Shown here piece by piece: positions 1 to 10,314 of a stretch of 44,082 bases of DNA. Source of the DNA: Emiliania huxleyi CCMP1516 (taxonomy: Eukaryota); NCBI RefSeq assembly GCF_000372725.1, contig NW_005201286.1:350953-395034 (forward strand), in the 5' to 3' direction. Below the pieces are notes generated by a model that did no database searches, had not been told where the DNA came from, and worked only from the letters and a program-made list of their open reading frames with translations. A program made the position numbers and the translations under genes. Positions within the stretch are counted from its first letter, which is position 1. Each line of letters begins with the position of its first letter.

Positions 1-42
<42 letters not shown>
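1..42. repeat. (GT)n microsatellite
   Basis: Perfect GT run at window start. Confidence 0.95.
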
Positions 43-43
<1 letters not shown>

Positions 44-51
44 TGTGAAGT

Positions 52-2395
52 GTGCAGTGGGGCGGCCTTGTCGAGCTCGTCTTCGTCATGGAGGAGCTTG
101 AGGAGGTTGAAGCAGAAGGGCGGGCAGAGGCGGCAGGCGTACGTCGCGTTGAAGAGGAGGTTGTCGGGCGACGAGTTTCGGTCGCGCAGCAGCGGGTACA
201 GGCAGTTGTGGAACATTGCGAAGAAGGTGCACCTGCCGCGAGATATGGGGAGATGTGGGGAGATGTGGGGAGATCGCGAAGAAGGTGCACCTGCCGCGCA
301 CGCACAGCCGCTGGTGGCAGGGCGTGGGGGGGAGGGGGAGGGGGAGGGGGGGGAGGAGGGGGGGGGGCACCACGCGCAGTAGACCACCATCACGTAGAGC
401 AGCGCGAGAGGGAGGAGGCCGCCGCCCGCCGCCGAGATGCCGCCTCCGCCTCCGAGCCCGTAGATGGACCACGAGAGCGGAGAGAGGTTGAGGTTGAAGG
501 GGTGGCCGGACAGCATGATGGTGCCTGGCCGCAAGAGAGCGGGTGGGTGCGGGTGTGCGTGGGTGCGGGTGTGCGTGGGTGCGCGCGCGGCGGAGAGGGG
601 GGAGAGGGGGGAGGGGGGGCGGGGGAGGGGCAAGGGGGTGGCCGCGCCTTCACACCAGACGACGAGGCCGGAGAGGGCGAAACAGCACAGCGCGATCGCA
701 CGAAGGGCCAGCGCCGCCACTCGCCGCTGCTGCTCCTCCCAACGCGACTCGTGCCGCGACCCGGAATCCGGTTGCGGCGGGCGGCGCGGCCCCCCCCCAT
801 CCCCATCCGTGTGCGCGGCGCGCAAGTGTCCCCCCCAGAGGTCCAGAGCCACACATTGACTCAGAACGACTTGGACTGTGTGTAGAGTCTCAGCACGTCC
901 CTCTTGCCCAGTTCTCCGTNNNNNNNNNNNNNNNNNNNNNNNNNNNNNNNNNNNNNNNNNNNNNNNNNNNNNNNNNNNNNNNNNNNNNNNNNNNNNNNNN
1001 NNNNNNNNNNNNNNNNNNNGACGCCGTCGCAGAGCAGACGGAGGACCCGGCGATGAAGGAAGTCAGCGAGTTGCTTCTGCTGTGCGTGCGGCTCCGCCCC
1101 GCCCCGCCGGCCGCCCCTCCTCCCGGCTCGGGCACAGGCCGCAAGCCTCCGCCTGGCTCGGCGAGGCGTGACTGGGGCGGGGGGCAGCGGCGGAGGATCC
1201 GCGCCATGCCCGCCTGCCACGGATAGACGCCATGAGTGACCCCCCCGTTCACAGTGTTGCTCGGATGGGACCTGCGCCAAGCCCGCCTGCAGGCGAAGCG
1301 AGGCCTGCGCCGAGGCGGAGGCCGCCTCCGCGCGGAGGGCTGCGTCGGTGGCGTGGACGGCCTCGATCACCTCCTCCAGCTTGCGGCTCGCCTTATATTA
1401 TTATCTGATTATCTGATTATCTTATTGTATCACCTCCTCCAGCTTGCCGCTCGCCTCGTGCAGCTCCTCCGAGAGGACGGCGACCTAGGGGAGATACACC
1501 CGAGATCCACCCGAGGGATAGACGCGAGATACACGCGAGAGATAGACGCGAGAGATGAGCCCTCCGGCGGCGACCTGATCTCCTCGAGCTGCAGGAAGCG
1601 GCATCTGCCCGACGCCTCGGCCGTATCTCGGCAATCTCCCGGGTTGCCTCTCGGCTCTCCCTCGCCTTGAAGCGCAGGAAGCGCAGCTGGCCGATGCCGT
1701 CCGCGCGGTGCCACAGCTGGCGGGGCACCTAGGGGTAGGGGTAGGGGTAGGGGTAGGGTTAGGGTATGGGTTAGGGTTAGGTGCCGCAGCTGGCGGGACA
1801 CCTCGACCAGCCCGTAGCCGAGGAAGGCGACGAGGATGAAGAGGCCGATCGCGTTGAAGAGGCCGGTGACGAGCATGCGGACCGCCGTCAGCGTCAGGCC
1901 TTGCCTCGAGATTAGGTAGACGAGGAAGCCGACGCCGACGACGGTGAACGGGACGTAAAAGAATGCGCACTCGCGCAGCGCGTCGCGCAGGCGGCCTCGG
2001 CTGGTGAACTCGCCCGAGCTGATGTACGAGCGGAGCAGGTCGTTCATCAGGTAGCCGAGCAGCATCGTCACGCGGTACGCCGCCGGGATCAGCGTCGGAA
2101 GCGCCTCTATGCCCGGGTGCGGCAGGCAGTGGCAGTCGCTCGGCTGATCCTCCCACGCGATCACATCATTGGCGGTCTCGTTGCCGCGCGGCGCCGCGGC
2201 GTGCGCCGATGTGTATCGGCACCGCCGGCAGTACGCGTGCTCGAGGTCGAATGGCAGCACCAGAAACATGAAGAAGCCGATCGACCACGAGGTGCCCACG
2301 ACGACCAGCACGTAGAGCCGCTCTCCACGCCGGGCAAAGTAGCGCAGGCAGAGCGCGGCGGACAAGATCGAGACGGCGAGGGCGAGCACCCACAT
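52..2395 (-). CDS. LMBR1-family (LMBRD2-like) multi-pass membrane protein; multi-exon, interrupted by a gap, 3' end probably outside window
   Basis: N-term MWVLALAVSILSAALCLRYF...FLVLPFDL...RSYISSGEFTSRGRLRDALRECAFFY...LGYGLVEVPRQLW after splicing. Downstream exon reads CTFFAMFHNCLYPLLRDRNSSPDNLLFNATYACRLCPPFCFNLLKLL. Both resemble LMBR1-like family motifs. Confidence 0.8.
920..1019. other. Assembly gap (other gaps at 33762-33861, 37986-38560, 40505-40604)
   Basis: N runs. Confidence 1.
1730..1781 (+). repeat. Telomere-like (TAGGGG/TTAGGG)n tract inside an intron
   Basis: taggggtaggggtaggggtaggggtagggttagggtatgggttagggttagg. Confidence 0.9.
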
Positions 2396-2668
2396 GTATG
2401 TCCCGTTGTGCAGTACTGGCTTGTGGTGTCGTCAGATGCCGTGTCTCGGATAAACCTGATCGACCAGCCGGGCGGGTAGTATAAGCGCCGCTTACCAGAG
2501 AAGAAGAATTTTTTTTGGCACAACGCTACTGGCTGCCTTGGGACTCGCCGCTTTCCTCCCTCTGTGATTCTGTGTGAGCTCTTTGATTTTCCAACAACAA
2601 CCCGGAATAAAGAATTTGGGCGTCCCGCGGCGCTGGCGCGACTTCAACAACCTTCAACAACCTAACTC

Positions 2669-4385
2669 ATGCTCACCTCCGAGGAGAAGCTCCAGCGTGG
2701 CTTTCGAGCCGAAGACGACATCCTCGTGCCACTTCCCGTCGACTCTTCGAGCGACGAGGATGAGGCCGCCGCCGACGGGCGCCACGCAGACGAGGATTTG
2801 CCCTCCTCGGCATCGGTGTTGGTCGAGGCCTTTTTGGAGGATGTCGTCCAGCGCTCCGCTGACGCGTGCGTCGGTGCGTCCGCGTCTCTCTTCGACCTCG
2901 ACTTTTGGCAGAACGAGGCTGCCCAGCTCGGGCTCCACGTCATGCGCCCCGACCGTGGCAGCGCGGGCGCTCTCCCTCCGTCCGCCCCGCTGCGCCGCTC
3001 CCTCGACCGACGAGGGTACTTGCAGAGCCCCACCCTCTTTCCGGGCGACGCCGACGAGGCGACGCTCTCCGCGCTGCGGCGCATGCTCGCGCGCCTCAAG
3101 CAGCTCGGCTTTGCGCCCGGCTTCCTGTACGTGTTTGACGAGGCGTGGCTGGTCATCGAGCGGTGCATGCGCCTTTTGGGCGATGTTTTGGTGCCGGAGG
3201 CCGGGACCGGACGCGGCGAGCAGGCTGCGTCTCGAGCCCCGCGCCAGGAGCCTTCCTCGACCCTCCCTGAAGCCCTCCCTGTAGGCGTGCAGCAGCTGGT
3301 TCTCGAGCCTTCCGTCTTTGCGCACGCCCTCGAGAAGCCAGCCTCCGCGGAGGACACCGACGAGGAGCGGCGGCGGGAGGCGGCCTCGCAGGATGCTTCG
3401 GAGATCGCGCGCCACTCGTACTTGGGCGGCAACTTTGGCGCACCGCGACCACTCCTCCTCCGACTGTCTGGAACCCTCTCGGAGCCCCTCTCTGAGCCTC
3501 CCATAGGCCTGCCGCACCGCGACCACTCCTCCTCCGACTGCTTCGACGCCGCGTCTGGCGAGCCCGTCCTCCTCTCGCTCTGGTGCCCTCTCACCCGCGT
3601 CACGGCCGACAACGGTTGCATGTTCGTGCTGCCCAAGGATCGCGACCCGCTGCTGCACCAGCCGCGCCACCCCCACCACCTCCGCCCCTTCGACGCCTCC
3701 TCCGGCACACTGCGCTTCGGGCTGGGCGGCGCCGTCGCCTCGCCTCGCAATGACGTCTCCCACGAACCGCCTCGGAGCCTTCTCGGAGCCTCTCCTGCAG
3801 GCGCCGTCGCGCTCGCCCCTTGCGACGCCGGCTGCGCCCTAGCGTGGCACCGCTCCGCCACTGGGGTGCGGACCTGCACGCTTCCCTGAGAAGTTTCGTC
3901 GATGGGTCCCGCTTAGGCACGGCTCGCTTGTGCACTGGGGCGGCTGCTGCTCAGCGCACGCCGAGGAGGGGCCGCGCGCTAGCCTGACTGCCGGGCTGAG
4001 GCCGCGGGCGTGTCTGATGCTGCTGCTCCGCATCGAGCTGCGCCGCTTCACAGCTGACCGCCGTGAACAGGCTTCGATCGAGCCGGGCGACGCAGCTGCA
4101 GGTGCAGCCGTAGTCCAAGGGGGCAGCTCACGCCGGCGAGGCTTTGAATGCGCCATGTCGATGGTTGGATGCAGGCGGAGCAGTCAGAGGGAGAGCTCAC
4201 CGTCGAGCAGCTGCCGCCGCCGCTCGAGGCGCGCCTCCGGATGGTGGTGAGGCCGCCGCTAGGGGCCCGTGAGAGGGCTTGGAGGCACCTTCCTGCAGGC
4301 GCGCCTTCGGATGGTCGCGAGCTCGCTGCTCGTGTACAAGTGGTGGTTCCCGCTCAGAGGTGCCGTGCCAGCGAGGCTCCCCTAG
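2669..4385 (+). CDS. PhyH-like 2OG-Fe(II) dioxygenase; inferred introns include 3438-3506, 3729-3800, 3847-3916, 4229-4298
   Basis: Spliced reading NFGLPHRD (HxD)...LSLWCPLTRVTADNGCMFVLP...AWHGSLVHWGG (distal His)...PRASL. Last exon ARLRMVASSLLVYKWWFPLRGAVPARLP ends at TAG 4383-4385. Confidence 0.72.
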
Positions 4386-4529
4386 ATGCTGTATGCCCCG
4401 CAGCCTTTGGTTCTCGCGATGCGGCGAGGCAATCACCGGGTGAGTTCAACTTCGAGCTCCTCGAGCTGCCCGCCTCGATTGGCCTCGCGAGACACCACCT
4501 CAGTCGCCACTGTGGACTAGGCGCGGTTC

Positions 4530-5761
4530 GTGCCCGCTGCGGCGTCGCGCCTGTCCACGCTCGAGGCCGGCGTGATCCCGCGCTGCGCTGCACCACACAC
4601 AGAAGCCTTCCGGGAGCCGCTCTGGGAGGTGTCCTGTAGGAGGGCGTGCTCCGCGTGGCGGTCGAGGCGGCGCACGTGCCCGACCCTCTCGACCCGAGGC
4701 GCGAGAGAGTAGATGCCAGAGAGTAGATGCGGACTTGGGTACCACCTTCGTGCTCCACCCAGACGGGGTCGGCTGTCCTCCGCTACCGTCGCATGCGCCG
4801 TGCTGCTTCTGGCCCTTGGAGATGCATATAGTCCCTTGGATATGCTTCTGGCCCTTGGAGATGCACCCCGACTGCAGGGCACGAGACCCGCCCTCTCCCC
4901 GCCCTCAGAGCTCGCCGCATCCACGCCTGCAGGCGCTGGATGCTTCGCTACACGGAGGCGTTCGGGTCGCGGCTTGGTCTGCGCGTGCGGTGGGTCGAGG
5001 CCCCCGGCCGCTGCAGCCACGGGTCTCGTCCTTGCCACACATCTCCTTCCAGCGCTCGCCCGTTTCTGCTCACACAGGCCCCCTTCGACGGGTCGTGGGC
5101 TCTGGCCGGGGAGGAGGGCGCCGTCGACCTCGTCGCTACGAACGTGGCCCCCTCCCCGCAGCGGCGCGCGGAGGCGGTCGGGGCGGCTTTCAGCGACCCG
5201 TTCATGTACGAGCGGCGAGCGCTGCGGGTCCGCGAGGCGGACGCGGGCCGGCGAGATCTAGCCGAGATCCAGCCAAGACACAGCCGAGACACAGCCGAGA
5301 TGCAGCCGAGAAAATTGTCGCCGGTTTGCGCACCCCTCTCACCCCCCCCCCCCCTCTGGCCGTCGGCCAGGTACGCCACGATTTGCGACTTTGGCGGCGA
5401 GCGCGTCGGCGCCGTGCGCGGCATGAACGCCGAGATCGATCTGCGGAGGCGCGTGCAGACGCTCGCGCCGGCCGTGTCGGTCGTCGCGACCGACACGTTC
5501 CCCGAGCTGTACGAGCTGTTCCACAGAGGCGAGCTCGCCGCCGTGGCGCAGGCCGAGTACTATGCCATCGACGGCTCGGTGATCCCCTCGAGCCCGCCCG
5601 GGATCGTGCTTGTCGACCACCACGACTTGGTGCCGGGCCAGAGGGAGGAGTGCGCCTTCGTCGTGCGCGGCGCGAGCCGCGGTCTCCTCGAGGCGGTGAA
5701 CGAGTTCATCGCGACCACCGCCTTTCCCGTCGCCGGCGAGCTGGGCAAGCGGGACGGCTGA
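4530..5761 (+). CDS. Type-2 periplasmic/solute-binding protein fold (SBP_bac_3-like); start uncertain, intron-containing
   Basis: LSTLEEGVLRVAV...YTEAFGSRLGLRVRWVE..PFDGSWALAGEEGAVDLVATNVAPSPQR...FSDPFMYERRAL...ERVGAVRG...LFHRGELAAV...CAFVVRGASRGLLEAVNEFI follows the amino-acid SBP pattern. Confidence 0.7.
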
Positions 5762-6089
5762 GACTCTACAAACAGTACAAGTCGTTCTCTGTCACTGTCT
5801 GTCTCTCGACGTCTGGGGGGGACACTTGCGCCCGCACACGCGGATGGGGATGGGGGGGCGCCGCGCCGCCCGCCGCCGCCGGATCCGCCGTGCCGCGGCG
5901 CCTTCTCCCATCACCGTGCCCGCCCTGCGCGAGCGCCCTAGCGAGCGCCCGCTGGGCCTGGCGGGGCTGAAAAAGTTAAAAGAACATATCCGATATCGTG
6001 GAAATTGAATAATTGGCAAATTTTGAGCCGGCCGTCAACGCCATCAACCACTCGCGCTCATCATCCGCTTTCCGGTCCCACACGTGTCC

Positions 6090-8297
6090 TCAGCTCCCAA
6101 ACACATCGTCCCAGCTCACGCCGCCGCCGCCTCCGAGCCGCCCTCGGCTGGCCCCTCGGTCGGCCGCTTTGCCCTTTGGCTTTGCAGCGCTGGCGGCTGG
6201 CGCTTCGCGGCCGCGCTTGGCCGGCTTGGCCGGCAGCTTGCTCGGCGGCTTGGTCGGGGCGGTCTCGAGCACCTCGAGCTCCTCCTCCTCGCTCTCCTCG
6301 CCACCCTCCTCGCCGCCGCTCTCCTCCTCGCCCTCCTCCTCGCCCTCCTCCTCGCCCTCGCTCTCCTCGCCCTCGCTTTCCTCGCCGCTCTCCTCCTCGC
6401 CCTCCTCCTCCTCGCCCTCCTCGCCGCCCTCCTCCTCCTCGCCCTCATCCTCCGGAAGGAACTTGTGCGCCGTGACGATACCGCGCACGCCCGGCTGCTT
6501 CGGCGTCGGCAGCGCCGACGCGGCGGCGGCGCCCTCCTCGGCCGCGGCATCGGCGCGGTGCGCAAAGTCGGGCGGCAGCGTGAAGTAGGGCAGCCTGCCG
6601 CGCTGCCAGTCGTGCAGCACGAGCTTGGCCGCCGCGTTGATGTCCGGCTCGCCTCCCTTGAGCAGCTTGCCGATCCGGCGGCCGTACTGCTCGAGGAAGT
6701 CGGTGGGCGAGTCCCACGCCTGGACGATTAAATGAATTAAAGATTAATAAATGAATTAAAGATTAATAAATTAATTAAAGTCCCACGCCTGGACGTCGTA
6801 GGTGCGGCGGACGTACTCCGGCTTGACGCGGCGGAGCACCTCCTCCACGAAGTCGGCCGCGTGGCGCAGCTGCTCGATCCGCACCACGCCCTTGAGCACC
6901 GCATCCTCCTCCGAGTTGCCCGACGGCTGCACGGTGCCGGGGCAGTCAATCAGGTAGATCGACTTCATGAGGGTGATGTACTGCCAGACCTTGGTCTCGC
7001 CCGGGATGGGCGCCACCTTGCACACCTTCTTCTTCTTGAGGGTGTTGATGATGGACGACTTGCCCACGTTCGGGTAGCCGATGAAGCCGACGGAGATCTG
7101 CTTCTTGTCGGCGTGCAGCTTCGCAAACCTGCGCCGCGCAGGCAGCGGAGGTGAGGGGCGGGGGCACGGCCTCGTGCCAGCCGGGGAGCCAGGGGAGGGC
7201 GCTCATTCCGCAGCATCTAGGCTGGCGGACTGGCGCAGCAAGTTGATCAGCGCGCCCTTGCCGAACGGGTTGGTGATCGAGGCGTGGAAGGCGACGGTCG
7301 GCGCTTCGCGCGAGAGCAGCTTGAGCCAGGCCGCCGTCACGCGGCTGGGGACGAGGTCGCACTTGTTCAGCACGAAGACGAGGTGCTTGTGCTTCGCCTC
7401 GCGCCGCAGGAACTCCTCGGCGTGCGGCGCGCGCGTGCCGAGCGGGTCGCGCGCGTCGAGCACCTCGACGACGACGTCGGACGAGTCGATCACTTTGAAG
7501 AGCTCTGCGCGGATGCGGCGCGACTGGCCCGCGTCGAAGATGTAGTTGCGAGGCCCCACCGGCTCGACGGCGCGCTCCACGTTCGAGTCGACCTATGGGG
7601 AGATAGGGGGAGATAGGGGGAGATAGGGGGAGATAGGGGTGTGCCGCTCCACGTTCGAGTCGACCCGCTCATCGTACTCTCCGGCGCGGGCGGTGGCGGA
7701 GGCCGCGAAGGCGTCGAGCTCAGCCGCGTCGCTCGAGGCGGCCGCGACGGCCGCGACGGCCGCGGAGCTGCCGCCGCCGCCGCCCCCCGCCGCGGGGCCG
7801 AGCAGCGCCGAGAGGCGCGGCCGCTTGCGCTGCGCCTTTGGCCCAAACGTGTCGCCGAAGCTCTGCGCGCGGAGCAAGTCGACGCGGCCGGCCTTGTTGG
7901 TCTTGCCGCCCGAGGCGAGGAGGCCCATCGGGAGCTTGTGCCGCCGCAGCAGCACCGCGTACGGGTCGTTCGTCGTTGACTCGATCTGCGAGCGGAAGTC
8001 CTGCAGCTCCTGCTGGCCGACGACGCGCGTATTGCCAAACCAGCGGCGGTCGGGCTGCACGCGCGCGGCCGTCATGTTCTGCACGGAGTCTCCGACCGCG
8101 AGTCCACCCTTGACGATCTTGCCAGACTTGTTGCGCTTCACCTTGCTCCGGTACATGTTGAGCCGGTTGATCGTGCCCTTTGAGCGGAGCGACGGCCCCG
8201 ACGCGGCCGACTTGGACGAGGCGACGCGGTCAGGGTTGGTGGACGAGGCGCCGAGGCGCTTGCCACCATTCTTCTTGCCCGCAGAGGTCTTGGGCAT
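6090..8297 (-). CDS. NOG2: Nucleolar GTP-binding protein 2 (circularly permuted GTPase); introns 7593-7664, ~7130-7230, 6720-6788
   Basis: NGP1NT region ([23 protein letters not shown]), [64 protein letters not shown], acidic tail. Confidence 0.95.
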
Positions 8298-8625
8298 GGT
8301 GCCGGGCGTGCGAACAGAGCGCTGGGCTTCTCGGAGGTGCGCGTGCCCACGAAGAGACGCAGAGGCCCAAAAAAATCCCTTCACATGCGGACCAGTGTGG
8401 GGACGTGTACTTCTTCTCGTTGTAGGCCGAAAAAGAATAAGTGAATCGTTTGAGCGCATGCATGTACATGGCAACAGTCGGCGCGAAACGAAGTCGCGAT
8501 CGATGTTGTTTCGCATCGCCCCAGGGCATGTGTGGCGCACGCTGCGCACGAATGCCCTGCGCGTACCCTGTGTGTGATGATCGTCGGCGCGACGACGCCT
8601 TCTTCTCGGCAAAGAACCGATTGCC

Positions 8626-9890
8626 ATGTACGCAGTCCCTGACACCAACAGCATTGCACGTACACATTGCAAGCGATCGAGAGGAGCAATCACTCATCAG
8701 TGCCTTGCTGTGCGCCGCGCAGTGCGAGGCAGCCTAAGCGAGCAGTACCTGGCGCACGTCCGAGCACCCCAGGTCGAAGGAGCGACCCGGGCGGCGCTTG
8801 GCGAACGAAGCCCGCACCATGCCGCACCCGGGGCATTCTTGCGGCCAAAGAGTCGAGATGCGGCCGTTTACACCACTCGCGCCTTGGGAGACGACTGCTT
8901 TGAGCAGGAAAGCACCGCGTATACTCCTAGCCCAGTGCGAACGATCGAAATCGGCGCCCTGGCAACCGCCTGCTGCCAGTGGGCGGGTACCAGCTCGTCT
9001 CTCTCGCCAGATGAGCGGCTCGGCACCAGCTCGTCCCTCTCCCGCGGCTCGGCCACGGATGAGCAGCTCGGCACCAGCTCACCCCTCTCGCGCCGGTCGG
9101 CGACGGGTGAGCGGCTCACCCCGTACTCGCTCTACTCTGAGCAGCAGCCTCCATGTGTGCCAAGGGCGGTCTGCAACGGTGCCGAGGCTTCGATCGCGTC
9201 TGGTCCTCCACGGACTCCGTCCTCCCCGCACCGGAATCGCACCATGGCCAAGAGCCGCTCACTCCCAGATTTTCGTCGGAATAAGGGAGGCCAGCCCAAT
9301 CCACCCTGCACCGACCCAGCGGCTCGCCGCTCCGTCTCCTTTGACAGCCCGTGCCCGCCTCGCCTTGACGAGCCGTGTCGATCGTGTGTAGGTCCACTAC
9401 CCGAACAGCCTTGTCATCCAAGACACTCTTCGGCGGACGACCTTGCAGGACGACCGCCGACGGGCGCTGGCCACTCCAACTACACGCCTCAAATACACGC
9501 ACAGACGGATCGCTGGCATCGCGCCATGCAACGGGCAGACCGTTTCGGTCTCCCCAGTTGTGGACACTTTGCTGATCACGAATAGGCACCCGTGTGGCTC
9601 ATTGGGTGGAGCCTTCACGTCTGCCGTTGGACTATTTCGCTCCCGGCCCCGTCCGAACGGTCGAGCATGGCGCTTTGGCAACCGCCTCGTGCCCAGTTCT
9701 CGGCACCCGGTGGGTGGGCGCCGCCACTTCGTCTGTGAAGCGCATGGCGCAGCAACAGCAGCACGGAGTCAGCGCAACCCCATCCAGTCGGCGTCCGTCG
9801 ACCTCGCCGTCGTGGTATCCACCCTCTCCCGCCTCTACTAGATCGGCTGAGCTCGACGTAACGGCCTCGCGGGGCCGACAGCCCGTATGA
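8626..9890 (+). CDS. Hypothetical Ser/Pro-rich protein with a duplicated motif; structure uncertain
   Basis: ORFs 8626-9585 and 9594-9890 share P(S/G)PVRT(I/V)E(I/H)GALATA(C/S)C; divergent from NOG2. Confidence 0.35.
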
Positions 9891-10314
9891 ATCTCTCTGA
9901 CAGCGCCAACACACAGTGTGACAGACACAGGCGGTCAGCGCACACGTGGGACACAGGCGGTCAGCGCACGTGGTGTAGTTCATACGTTATGGTGGACAAA
10001 AGAACCGCACAACCGCCACTCCGGTCTCCGCAGCAGGCCATCGCAGCCTATAGGCCGCGGAGCCGCGGGCGCCGCGCCCCGCCCCGCCAGCCTCCACCCC
10101 GCCTGGCGGCCGGCGGGCCGCGCCGCCCCGCAGGCCCAGCCCGCCGGCGGCGGCGCCCCGCCCCCCCCCGGCTGGCGGCTGGCCGAATCATTTTTACTAA
10201 AAAGGACCGTGGATCCGTGTCACGGTCGCAATAAACACCTAAAATGCGAGGTCTCTATGGCTGACGACAATGGTTGAGTTCAGAACAAGTGCAGCGCGAC
10301 GTACAAGCGGCGGG

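Noticed and set aside
1730..1781. True chromosome end or fusion site
   Set aside because: Only ~50 bp, single orientation, and coding frame continues on both sides
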